IMG/VR virus record: IMGVR_UViG_3300032397_000001
Reading direction: 5' to 3' (one strand)
Source: a virus
Length of the DNA stretch: 64,000 nt
Part shown: piece by piece, positions 54,976-64,000 of the stretch
Layout: each line of letters begins with the position of its first letter
How positions within the stretch are numbered: position 1 is the stretch's first letter
Notes under the pieces: model-generated
Database searches by the model: none
Told to the model about the DNA's origin: nothing
The model's input: the letters and a program-made list of their open reading frames with translations, nothing else
Translations under genes and position numbers: made by a program

Positions 54976-57900
54976 TGGAACAGCTTGGCATTGTTGGTTC
55001 TCTTGACATAAGTCAAATAAAAAGCCAAGTTGATGAACTTAACCGCGTGTTAGGAACCCTCGAAAACTCCTTCCGAAAAGTTGAAAACGTTTTCTCGTCT
55101 GTAGAATCCTCATTAGGAAAAGTTCAGGGTGCATCTAAAGGTCTGTCTGATACGTTAGCTGGTGTTCGTACAAGTTTATCTGGAATGGGAAATATTACAC
55201 AAGTTGCAACTCAAGTACAAAAGAGTGTTCAGGAAATTCAAAAAACTGCAACTGGTATAAAATTAGACTTTAAGATTAGTGATCCTGGTAAGTCAATTAA
55301 ACCTTGGATTGATGAATTGCAATTGGTTGAAAAACAGGTTAGGTCTGTTACTGAAAAGATTAATAAAGAAACACAACAGACTCGATCTCGGTTCTCGGAT
55401 AGTGCGGATGAGATTTCTAACTTTAGAGGTGCAATGGTTGCGACCGGAAAGGGTCAAATACCTATATGGAATGAAGCTCGTACTAATCTTCAATCAATGG
55501 TTGACGTCCTGGGAAGTTATGTTGTAAACTTGGAAAAGGCAAATCAGAGGGGAAAATTATTAGGGAAGAAATCTCTACGCACCGAAATGATAACTGGGCC
55601 ATTTCAGCAAGCTCAGGATATGCTGTTCTCCTTTACTGATATGGTAAAGGGCACCCCCGTATCTGAATTATTTGCTGACTGGGAAGATCCGCTGCGTTCG
55701 TTTTCTACATCGATGGAGAAAACGTTTGGTTCTACAAAGTGGCTTACTTTATTTCAGAAGAACTTTGAACCTTTCCGGGGAACTCTTGCAGAATTAGCTG
55801 CTGTACCAGCACAGCAGATGTCAACAGCTTTTACGTCTTTAATTCCTGAGAGCAAGGCAATGGGTGCGCTCTTTATGGATATTTTTACTGCGAAAGGTCC
55901 TCAGGAACTTGAAGCAAGTTTACGTAGTCTAAGAGCCAATTTAGCAATGTTGATGCCTGAGTCAGCAGGTGCAAAAGCTCTCTTTATGAATTTTCAAGAG
56001 TTAGCTACACTGTTGAGAACTCGATTCCTTGCCACTTCATTTATAGATTTCGAACCTGTTATCACTCAAGCTCTCTTTCGTGTCGGTCAGTTAACCGAAG
56101 AATTTATACAAGCTAAGGCTGCTGGAAGAGATACTTCACAGATTGTAATCGGTCTTGCTGCCGCGGCAAGAGAGTTGGCTTCTGAAGCACAAAGAGTAGG
56201 AGTTGGGATTCAAGGATTTATGGCGCGGGCACCTGGGGCGGGGATGGAAACTTCTATTACTCGACTTGAATCAGCTTTTCAAGAGGAAGGATTGGTTGCT
56301 CAGGAGACTGGTAACCGTGCACAAGAATTCTTTAATATAATTCGAGCAGGCCAAACTAGTCTTAAACAAACTGCAAATGAGATAGAAAAGACTGCTGCCG
56401 CTACTGGAAAATGGGGTGAGTTAGCCCGAAGCACTTATGTAGATCTTAGACGAATTGTGTCTACCTATCAATCTTTTGGCCGCCCCACAGTTATTTCAGG
56501 CATTCCAGAGTCGGCGTCAACAAGTGCAGAGAAACTCTCTTCGACTGCTGCAATTCCTCGAGATTTGAAACGCCAAGTTGATTCATTAGCTGGGGCTTAT
56601 GGACTTTGGGCCACAGCTGATATTACTGCTCGACAAAGTTTTCAGAGAACTGGCTATATCACTTTGGATATTCTTAGACAATTATATAAAGGGTTTGGAG
56701 AGGTTGCGGCTCGACCAATGATGCCTGCTGCGCGTGTTCAGGAGTTGCAACGTGTACGTGGAGCGCTTGAAAAGTTGCTGCCGCCAATGGAATTGTCTAA
56801 AACTGTTTCTACGACTGCGTACAATTCGTTTCAATTTTTAGCTCGAGGCGCAACTCAGTTCTCAAATCTCATCCCTAAGATAGTTGAACGTCTTAACGCT
56901 TCGATTCTTAAAACTCGGGTTGATATTGTAGATCCCACTGCCGCTACTAAGGCAATTCAACCCTTCGAAGCACTTAAAAAGGTTTTAGTGGGTTTACAAG
57001 GAGATCTTCAAGTAATCGCTCAAGAAATTACTTTGCTATATGCTAAGGGAGCGCCTAGCATTGAGGCTATTGCTCAGGCCTTTATGAAAATACGCCCAGA
57101 GACCTTGGAACGTGCTTTTCAAGCAGTAACAGAATTGCAGGGTGCTGGTCGAATGTTGGGAGCTCGTGCTGTTACTGGACCTTTGGATGTTGCTCTTGCA
57201 CAAGTGAAAGCTATCGGTCAAATTCCTCCAGCATTTGAACAGGCCTTCGCTAAAATTCAACCTATGACCACTGGCTTTCTGGACCCTGAAGTAGCTAAGC
57301 GGTCAATGAAAGTTTTCGCGGCTGATCTTGCAGGAATGTTTGGGGGTATAGATGTTGTTCGGTCCGCTCGTAAGAACGGTGAGCAATGGGCTGTCAATTT
57401 CACTCAGGCAGTGAATCAAGGTGTAAAGCCTATCTCTCAATTTATTAAAGAGCAACCAGGTGCACCTATACCTCCTGAGATGGTTCAAAAGTTACAGTCT
57501 CAGATGGCTCAGGCATTCTTTAGTGCTAAGTTACCTCAACTGTTTAGTGGTATTGAGGAAAGTCTTTTTACTTCTGTAGGTATTCTCAATAGAATGGGCC
57601 CGGCAGCTGAGAAGTTCAGAGCGCCATTACAGCAGGCGCAGTTAGATACACAACGTTTAGTTGAGCTTTTCTTGAAGATCAAGTTTCCTGATCTTCGTGC
57701 TGGTGAAGATGTTGGGGTTCTGGAAAGAGATTTTAGTAAACTCTCGAGCAAGATTTCTACTGACTTAAAAGCTTCTTTTGGTGGTGTAGGTGAAACTATA
57801 ATGGGTCAGTTAGCCCAAGCTTACAAGAGCTTGGGAAAACTACCAATGGGGGCTCAATTATTTGGACTTGCTGGTAATACAGATCAAATGTTGCGTCAAG

Positions 57901-60900
57901 TATTTGGTGTATTCTCTCGATTGTTACCTACACTGAAGACTGAAATGCTTCAGACGTTTGATATGCCTTTGGAAATGGCTACAGAATTCTTCGGTAAACT
58001 CCAACAGGATGCTATTCAATTCAGGGCTCTTGTTTCTCAGTCAGCACAACCTTTGATTAGTATGAAGGACGCCTTAGCTGGTACTGCAAACGTGTTCGAG
58101 CGTTTAAATATGGCTCGACGTTTGGGGGCGCCCGCAGAGGTTGTTGAAAGCATCAGAGCTGAGGCAGATGCCTTCATGAAAGATAAGGAACAAGCTCGTC
58201 AGTTAAGTAAACAGAAGGAAGAACTTGGTGCTGCTGAATCAAACGTTGGGCGATTAACAGAACTTGCAATTACATTCTTAGAACGAGAAACTAAATCATT
58301 TAGCAATTTGGGCCAGGCTGCAAATATCTCTTTAGGTGCTCTGACAAGTGTAATTTCAAAACAGGCGGGGCTCTTCAAAGGTTTGACTCGTGATATGGGA
58401 ATCAAAGACTTGTTAACCTTTGAAGGTGTTGTTCCTACAGGTATTACCCCAGAAGTATCGAAATATCTCCAAGCATTTTATAATAATGTTGGTACCAATT
58501 TAGATAAGTTACGCCAGGTTACGGATCAAAAGATCGGGGTATGGTCTGTTGGTTTCGGAAAAGGAATGAACAACTTTGCTTCAGTCGTCAAACAGAATGC
58601 CTTCCGACTTCGTGGAGTAATGGAAACAGTTCAAAGTTCTGCTGCAACTGGTGCACAATTTCGCTGGGAAGGCCTTTTTGATGAACCTACTGTTTTAGCT
58701 CTTCAGAAATCTTCAGGACGTATCTCTTCTGTACTAAAAAGATTCCAAGAAGATCTTATGAAGTTTGGGCAGGGTACAGCTCGTCGAGTGGAATTTGGCC
58801 CTGTTACACAAAGTTTACAACAAGAACTTGCTTTCGTTTTAAACCTTGCTGAGTCTGTACGGCAAAAAATTGCTGTAGGCGAAGTAGGTACTGAACAGTT
58901 ACCGGCGGTTAATCGTTTGTTTCAATATGCAATTCAACTTGATGGTGCGATTACTGCTCTCGAACGTCCTTACCAAAGAATGAGTGAAGTTGCCTCCAAG
59001 GGGAAAGCTTCATTCACCCAGTTAGGCAGAACTTTTGGTTCTGAGCTTTATAAAGCAACCCAGGAGATGGGAAGGTCTGTTACAGGACTTAAACAGCCTA
59101 TTGGTTTAATCGTTCAGAAGATGTTCGGAGAAATCTTCGTTCCTGAGAATCTGGAGAGGATTACAGAGTTTCGTGGGATTACAGAGTTCCTTGGAGAACG
59201 GTTTCCCTCACAAGTTCAGTTTGCTTTGAATGTAGCTGCGAAGAGAGGAATTCCTGTACAAAAACTTCTTCAGCAAATGATTCCAGTTAATGCAGCTACT
59301 CTTGAGGAAGCTTTTCGTAATGCACCTGATGTACCTCGCGTACTTTTGGAAAAAATGTTTAGACCAGAATCTTCACTCAAGTTTCAGCAAACAGCAAAAG
59401 GTGTGGTTGAACAAATCATTCGAGCACCTATGAAAGAAGGATTGCAGCGTGCATCTGAATTAATGAGTGTTGATGCTTTGAAGAGTTTTTCTCAATTCAG
59501 TCTCGCGGATTCTATTCTTCAACCAGCACGTCGTGATTTATCCAAGTTACGTCAAGTAGGTCCTGAGTATGCTAGTCAGTTGAATCAAGTAATAAATTAT
59601 ATTAGTGCAGTTCTTAAAACAGTACCTACAGGAAGACGGATGGGTGGTATCCTGGAACAAGCAGGATTTGACTACTCTCAAATACAAGCGTTACAAGCTT
59701 TTGTACGTGGCGCACAAGGGCCTTTATATCAGTTAAGAAATATTCTTACACAAGCCGCTGATCCTCTAAAGGGGATCTCACCTGAGAAGATGAAGCTTGA
59801 TTTGGGCCTTGATCGTACTGTTATGGGTAACCTGCAGAGAGCGGCAGGTGATGAAGAAAAACTTGGTAAAATGACTCAGTTCTTGAGTACTATGTATGAT
59901 CAAGCTGGGGCCTCTTTAATTGAGTTTGTAGCTCGTCAAGAGACGTGGTCTAGTAAATCAATTCAAGATCTTACCGAGTTGATGTCCTTCTGGAAAGGCC
60001 TGGGTGAGATAATACGCCTGATCACCCAGGAATTACCCAAGATGGGAACAGCTCAGGGCTTAATGGGGTTTGAATTCAAAGCTAGTGATTTACTCACACG
60101 AGGAGCTGAAGCTGGGTCAAGCTTTCGTCAAGGCTTAATGCAATCTATGGATCTTGCTGCCATTGGAGGTGGCATCGGCAAGATGCTCGCGGCTATTATT
60201 GCTAAAGATCCTGAAATGATCTTTGAGATTATGAGAACGGGGTCTATCAGACTGAGAGAAGAATTGCGTCGATTAGGTTATGAAGGAAAAGGTAGTATTG
60301 GTGCGCTTGCAAGTTCTATTGAAAAACTTCTTCCAGGAACTACTTTAGGGCCTCAGTTCTTTGGTGCTTACTTTGAAGCTAATGAACGTTTCTTCTTGGA
60401 GAGTGATAAGACTACTCTTGCTATAATGAATATAGTGCAAGGCTTTGAACAGATAAGGCCAACTGCTGCTGCTAACCTAGTAGCTACCCTTGAGAGAGCC
60501 TCTGCTGCATTGCATGAGGCAGATATTTCTTTTAGAGGTTTTGGTGAGGGTTTAGGAGCTCATACAGTAGAGTTTAAAGCCTTCTCTGATAAGCAGCGTA
60601 CTTTGATTCAACAGTATGCGTCTGGAATGGCTGGTGCAATTAAAAGTCAAGCTGCCTTGTATCAGGCAGATCCTTTTGAGCGTAGCTTTGTAAGATTGAT
60701 ACGTAGTGAAGATACACTCTTTGATCAGTTACGTAATGTTATTCAAACACGCGGTAATGAAATTAAGCAAGTTAATGAGCAAGCTTATAAGGGCTTAACC
60801 GAATTTATTTCGAAACCTATCTCTACTCGTACGGTTGCTGACATTGCAAAAGTTTCTCAGATGCCTGGCTTGGAACAGTTTACAGATATAGGTGGTCTGC

Positions 60901-63900
60901 TAACTAAGCTAGCAGGTGTGAGGAGACTGTTTGAGAATGTAGGACAATCTGTTAAGTCATTACAAGGAATGAAACCCTTTGAAGGTTATGTACGAGATGC
61001 TGCTAGCCTTGAAGTGAACATGTTAAAGGTAATGAGAACGATTACTTCAAGCCTTGATCGTATTAGTCAAGGCAAAGGTATGCAATTAAATGTAAAGGAG
61101 TCCCTTGTCGAGTTAGGTTCCTTGCGAGAACGTTTGAGCGTCATCACTTCGGAGATGCAGGGCTGGGCTCAAGCATCTGCTGCTGGTGGGGCACAATTGC
61201 CTTATTCCTTCGAGTTGACTGCAAACTCCGTTGCAAAGATGGGCCGAGTATTAGAGAATGTAATTTCTGTGCTGCGTGCACTCCCTGCGTCTGGAAGAGT
61301 AACTGAACAAAGTCTTCAAAGATTGAATGACTTGTCAAAGGATTTATGGGGAAGTTTGAAAGCTGTTGACCAAATCACTTTAAAAGATTTAGGGGCACAG
61401 ATTGAAGCTATCTTTTCGAAAGCCTTTGGTGAGAAGATGGGTCCTTGGCTTTATCAAGGATTTGCTAAAGTTCCTGCAGGAGCGCGAACCTTCTTTGGAA
61501 ACTTTCAGAAACAGTTGCAAACGGAAGGATCAAATGTTAATGTTTTACTACAAACTATGTCTACCGAATTTCAAAGTATCTTCGCAAAGTTTGGTGGCAG
61601 ACCTCAGTTGATGTTACAGTACTTTGAAAAAGCAACTCCGCAAATGCGATTGCTTCTGTCTCAGTTTTTCGAGCAAGCAGGTCTTTTGACTGGAGCGGGT
61701 TTCCAAAGTTGGATTACTCAATGGTCGCAATATATGGGTGAAATGAACATTGAGGAAAAGAAAGGTCTTGAGAAACTTCAGAAGCAAATGCTAGAAGGCC
61801 TTTCTACTTTCCGTGAAACAAAATTCTTTCCAGAGCCGAAGGTTCCTACCACATTGTTTGATGTAGCTAAAGCTTTACGTCAAGTGGGGATGAGCTTACA
61901 AGAGATTCGTCAGATTAGTGATTTGGGGTTCATCAAGTTATGGGGTGAAGCTCTTACTCAGCCTTTCAAAATGATTATTGGTCAAGCTGGTGAGGTTAGT
62001 GTTGGCTTGGGTGGAGTCTTTTCAATTATTGGCAATAAGATGGCTGTCTTTGCTAATTCTCTTGACGCTGTGCGTCAAGCTTTCCTTGGGTTAAGACAAG
62101 ATAGTGTACAAGTGCAAGAAGGATTTGTGGCTTTTATTACCTTAATAGAGAAATTGTCTGCAGCCTTCAGAGAATCAAAAGTTGTAGGGTCTCAATGGGG
62201 TGTAGAAATTGTTTCTCAGTTGAGTGTCTTAGGAACTGTTGGCAAGAGTCTTAGTGATTTCACTAAAGGTGCAGCAGGTATAGCCGACTTTCCAAGAATC
62301 TTGCGTGAGATTGATTTTGGTGGTCTTGGTCAACAGTTAACTACATTTATGACAGGTATGGGAGGTGCAGCTGCACAAACGCAAGTTCCTGAACAGTTTA
62401 TGGCACCTTTGAAATCATTCCTTGGAATGGCGAAGCAGTTGAATCAGTTTGCGTTTGCTGCAGAAAATATTCTTAAGTTAACTCAAGCCTTTTCAACGTT
62501 ACAAGCACAACTTGGTTCTAGTCAAGCAGTGTTTCAAAGCTTTGAAGGTACATTTCAGATTTTCAGAAAAATGTTTGAACTACTTCCTACTCTCTCGATA
62601 CCTATGGGTCCTGCAGTCCCTGCTGGAGCTATAGAGAGTGCACGAAACTTTGCACAAGTAATTGCACCTTTAGCTAGTGCAATTCGTAGTGTACAAGACA
62701 TTAACTTTGATGCTGCTATCAATAATATTAATCGTGCAGCCACTGAATTCAAAGCTGCTCTTGAGAAATTGTTTCTAGCTTTAGAACAAGTACCTATCTC
62801 TTCGCAAACTCAGAAGGTGATTTCATTTTTATCAAGACTTGCTACAGCTTTCTCTAAGATTGATTGGACAGTTAATCCTCAAGTGATTACTCAGCAGTTT
62901 GTAAGTACTGCAAGAGCAATTGAAAAAGGCCAGCAAATTGTAGAAGGTCAAGTTCAGGAAGGTGCTGCACAAATTGCATCAGCTGCAGAGAAGGCTGGAG
63001 ATCAAATAAAACGTTCTGGGCTAGGTAGCCTAGGTGATTTAGTTGAGCCTAGTTTAATTTCTCTCTTTGGTGCTGGTGAAGAACCAGTTCCTGAGTACTT
63101 GCGAACCACTTCTCAAGCATACACCCAAACATTGCAGGGAATTGGTGAACGTACTCGAATGTTGGTTACTGAATTCGCTCAGGCTTCCGGTCAAGCTAAT
63201 ATTTTTGGTGAAACATTAATGCAAATGGCACGAGGAGGGCCGTCTGCAGCATTCCGTCAAATGGTTGATGACCTTATTATGTTAGGCCCTGCTATTACTC
63301 AGGACACTACAAAGTTTAATGAGATGCGCCAGTCGTTAGAACGTTTCCTTACTGATGTATCTCAAATGAAGGGTGTAGGAGCTCAGTTTACCGAATTGTC
63401 TGCTCGTATTGGAACGCCAGCTATGATGGGGCCTTCTGGCTTGGTACAAACATTGTCTGATACGGCGCGGGCTATAGATAAGGTTCAAAAGGCAGGGGCA
63501 GAAACTACATTCTTGGATATGATGATCAAGAGTCGGTCGAAAGCTCAAGAACTGCATATTCAGGTTGGAGGCCTTTTGAATTATATGCAGTCTATGGGCC
63601 CACGCTTAAGAGAATCTCTTACTACGGGATTTGCCAGACGAGAATTTTATTCGCAGATTTCTGATATTCGTCGTGCGCTTGAACAAGCAATGACTCCTTT
63701 GCGAGGCTTTGTCGGCTTCCCTCAGATTCGTGTAGACATGGAAAAGATGTCATCGGACCTCTCAAGAATGTCGTCAATGTCTACGGGGATACTTACAGTA
63801 TGGGATAGATTCTCAGGTGTAATTCGAAGTGCTCGTGATAGTTTCCTGAACTTGATTGCTTATCAAACACGATGGTATTTATCTATGCAGATTTTCTGGG

Positions 63901-64000
63901 CAGTGTTTGGTCAGATGGATCAAGTTATAATGAATTTTGGAAAACTAGATACTGAGGTGAGACGCGCAACTCGTACAATTCGTGATTTGAACTTTGCAGT
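54975..64000 (+). CDS. Giant tail tape-measure protein (more than 3,008 aa, runs off the window)
   Basis: ATG 54975 overlaps the TAA of the chaperone (MEQLGIVGSLDISQIKSQVDEL...). The frame is open to the end (...FGKLDTEVRRATRTIRDLNFA), so the ORF track omits it. A/Q/G/L/F-rich helical composition. Confidence 0.85.
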   Translation, partial: MEQLGIVGSLDISQIKSQVDELNRVLGTLENSFRKVENVFSSVESSLGKVQGASKGLSDTLAGVRTSLSGMGNITQVATQVQKSVQEIQKTATGIKLDFKISDPGKSIKPWIDELQLVEKQVRSVTEKINKETQQTRSRFSDSADEISNFRGAMVATGKGQIPIWNEARTNLQSMVDVLGSYVVNLEKANQRGKLLGKKSLRTEMITGPFQQAQDMLFSFTDMVKGTPVSELFADWEDPLRSFSTSMEKTFGSTKWLTLFQKNFEPFRGTLAELAAVPAQQMSTAFTSLIPESKAMGALFMDIFTAKGPQELEASLRSLRANLAMLMPESAGAKALFMNFQELATLLRTRFLATSFIDFEPVITQALFRVGQLTEEFIQAKAAGRDTSQIVIGLAAAARELASEAQRVGVGIQGFMARAPGAGMETSITRLESAFQEEGLVAQETGNRAQEFFNIIRAGQTSLKQTANEIEKTAAATGKWGELARSTYVDLRRIVSTYQSFGRPTVISGIPESASTSAEKLSSTAAIPRDLKRQVDSLAGAYGLWATADITARQSFQRTGYITLDILRQLYKGFGEVAARPMMPAARVQELQRVRGALEKLLPPMELSKTVSTTAYNSFQFLARGATQFSNLIPKIVERLNASILKTRVDIVDPTAATKAIQPFEALKKVLVGLQGDLQVIAQEITLLYAKGAPSIEAIAQAFMKIRPETLERAFQAVTELQGAGRMLGARAVTGPLDVALAQVKAIGQIPPAFEQAFAKIQPMTTGFLDPEVAKRSMKVFAADLAGMFGGIDVVRSARKNGEQWAVNFTQAVNQGVKPISQFIKEQPGAPIPPEMVQKLQSQMAQAFFSAKLPQLFSGIEESLFTSVGILNRMGPAAEKFRAPLQQAQLDTQRLVELFLKIKFPDLRAGEDVGVLERDFSKLSSKISTDLKASFGGVGETIMGQLAQAYKSLGKLPMGAQLFGLAGNTDQMLRQVFGVFSRLLPTLKTEMLQTFDMPLEMATEFFGKLQQDAIQFRALVSQSAQPLISMKDALAGTANVFERLNMARRLGAPAEVVESIRAEADAFMKDKEQARQLSKQKEELGAAESNVGRLTELAITFLERETKSFSNLGQAANISLGALTSVISKQAGLFKGLTRDMGIKDLLTFEGVVPTGITPEVSKYLQAFYNNVGTNLDKLRQVTDQKIGVWSVGFGKGMNNFASVVKQNAFRLRGVMETVQSSAATGAQFRWEGLFDEPTVLALQKSSGRISSVLKRFQEDLMKFGQGTARRVEFGPVTQSLQQELAFVLNLAESVRQKIAVGEVGTEQLPAVNRLFQYAIQLDGAITALERPYQRMSEVASKGKASFTQLGRTFGSELYKATQEMGRSVTGLKQPIGLIVQKMFGEIFVPENLERITEFRGITEFLGERFPSQVQFALNVAAKRGIPVQKLLQQMIPVNAATLEEAFRNAPDVPRVLLEKMFRPESSLKFQQTAKGVVEQIIRAPMKEGLQRASELMSVDALKSFSQFSLADSILQPARRDLSKLRQVGPEYASQLNQVINYISAVLKTVPTGRRMGGILEQAGFDYSQIQALQAFVRGAQGPLYQLRNILTQAADPLKGISPEKMKLDLGLDRTVMGNLQRAAGDEEKLGKMTQFLSTMYDQAGASLIEFVARQETWSSKSIQDLTELMSFWKGLGEIIRLITQELPKMGTAQGLMGFEFKASDLLTRGAEAGSSFRQGLMQSMDLAAIGGGIGKMLAAIIAKDPEMIFEIMRTGSIRLREELRRLGYEGKGSIGALASSIEKLLPGTTLGPQFFGAYFEANERFFLESDKTTLAIMNIVQGFEQIRPTAAANLVATLERASAALHEADISFRGFGEGLGAHTVEFKAFSDKQRTLIQQYASGMAGAIKSQAALYQADPFERSFVRLIRSEDTLFDQLRNVIQTRGNEIKQVNEQAYKGLTEFISKPISTRTVADIAKVSQMPGLEQFTDIGGLLTKLAGVRRLFENVGQSVKSLQGMKPFEGYVRDAASLEVNMLKVMRTITSSLDRISQGKGMQLNVKESLVELGSLRERLSVITSEMQGWAQASAAGGAQLPYSFELTANSVAKMGRVLENVISVLRALPASGRVTEQSLQRLNDLSKDLWGSLKAVDQITLKDLGAQIEAIFSKAFGEKMGPWLYQGFAKVPAGARTFFGNFQKQLQTEGSNVNVLLQTMSTEFQSIFAKFGGRPQLMLQYFEKATPQMRLLLSQFFEQAGLLTGAGFQSWITQWSQYMGEMNIEEKKGLEKLQKQMLEGLSTFRETKFFPEPKVPTTLFDVAKALRQVGMSLQEIRQISDLGFIKLWGEALTQPFKMIIGQAGEVSVGLGGVFSIIGNKMAVFANSLDAVRQAFLGLRQDSVQVQEGFVAFITLIEKLSAAFRESKVVGSQWGVEIVSQLSVLGTVGKSLSDFTKGAAGIADFPRILREIDFGGLGQQLTTFMTGMGGAAAQTQVPEQFMAPLKSFLGMAKQLNQFAFAAENILKLTQAFSTLQAQLGSSQAVFQSFEGTFQIFRKMFELLPTLSIPMGPAVPAGAIESARNFAQVIAPLASAIRSVQDINFDAAINNINRAATEFKAALEKLFLALEQVPISSQTQKVISFLSRLATAFSKIDWTVNPQVITQQFVSTARAIEKGQQIVEGQVQEGAAQIASAAEKAGDQIKRSGLGSLGDLVEPSLISLFGAGEEPVPEYLRTTSQAYTQTLQGIGERTRMLVTEFAQASGQANIFGETLMQMARGGPSAAFRQMVDDLIMLGPAITQDTTKFNEMRQSLERFLTDVSQMKGVGAQFTELSARIGTPAMMGPSGLVQTLSDTARAIDKVQKAGAETTFLDMMIKSRSKAQELHIQVGGLLNYMQSMGPRLRESLTTGFARREFYSQISDIRRALEQAMTPLRGFVGFPQIRVDMEKMSSDLSRMSSMSTGILTVWDRFSGVIRSARDSFLNLIAYQTRWYLSMQIFWAVFGQMDQVIMNFGKLDTEVRRATRTIRDLNFA

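Noticed and set aside
1-64000. Genome-wide TGA reassignment (genetic code 4/25) suggested by in-frame opals at 6106 and 35398
   Set aside because: Many genes end in TGA with ATGA/GTGA overlaps, TGG is used freely for Trp, and long genes including the 9-kb tape measure contain no in-frame TGA.

Overview
A 64-kb stretch of a large, AT-rich tailed dsDNA phage, probably a siphovirus (HK97-type head, tail tube, no sheath seen). Essentially every real gene is on the + strand and tightly packed with ATGA/GTGA overlaps. About 1-34.6 kb is a replication, recombination and nucleotide-metabolism region: dCMP deaminase, DnaB-like helicase, primase, ATP-dependent ligase, ThyA-like enzyme, MoxR AAA+/vWA pair, UDG-fused family-A polymerase, Holliday-junction resolvase, GyrB/ParE with two related inteins, SbcCD, UvsY-like, gp32-like SSB and RecA. 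A dispersed 7-deazaguanine DNA-modification set (DpdA-like transglycosylase, QueC, QueD, FolE2; no QueE in the window) and three YkgJ-like Cys-cluster proteins are scattered through it. From 34.6 kb is the morphogenesis region: TerS, intein-containing TerL, portal, protease, major capsid, neck and tail genes, and a tape-measure ORF of more than 3,000 codons that runs off the end and is absent from the ORF track. The most striking part is the 8 kb between portal and protease. It encodes a His-rich/Pol-beta nucleotidyltransferase protein and a second ATP-dependent ligase fused to LigD-type phosphoesterase-like domains, a candidate virion-packaged DNA end-repair kit. Between them lie a tail-tube paralogue and a methyltransferase/GT2-GT9/GT4 cassette. 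Also seen: a Com-like Zn-finger gene with shared motifs and RBS-occluding hairpins in structural-gene leaders, in-frame opal codons in an ASCH gene and upstream of TerL, and an exact 50-bp direct repeat. All calls come from reading motifs by eye; no database searches were run.
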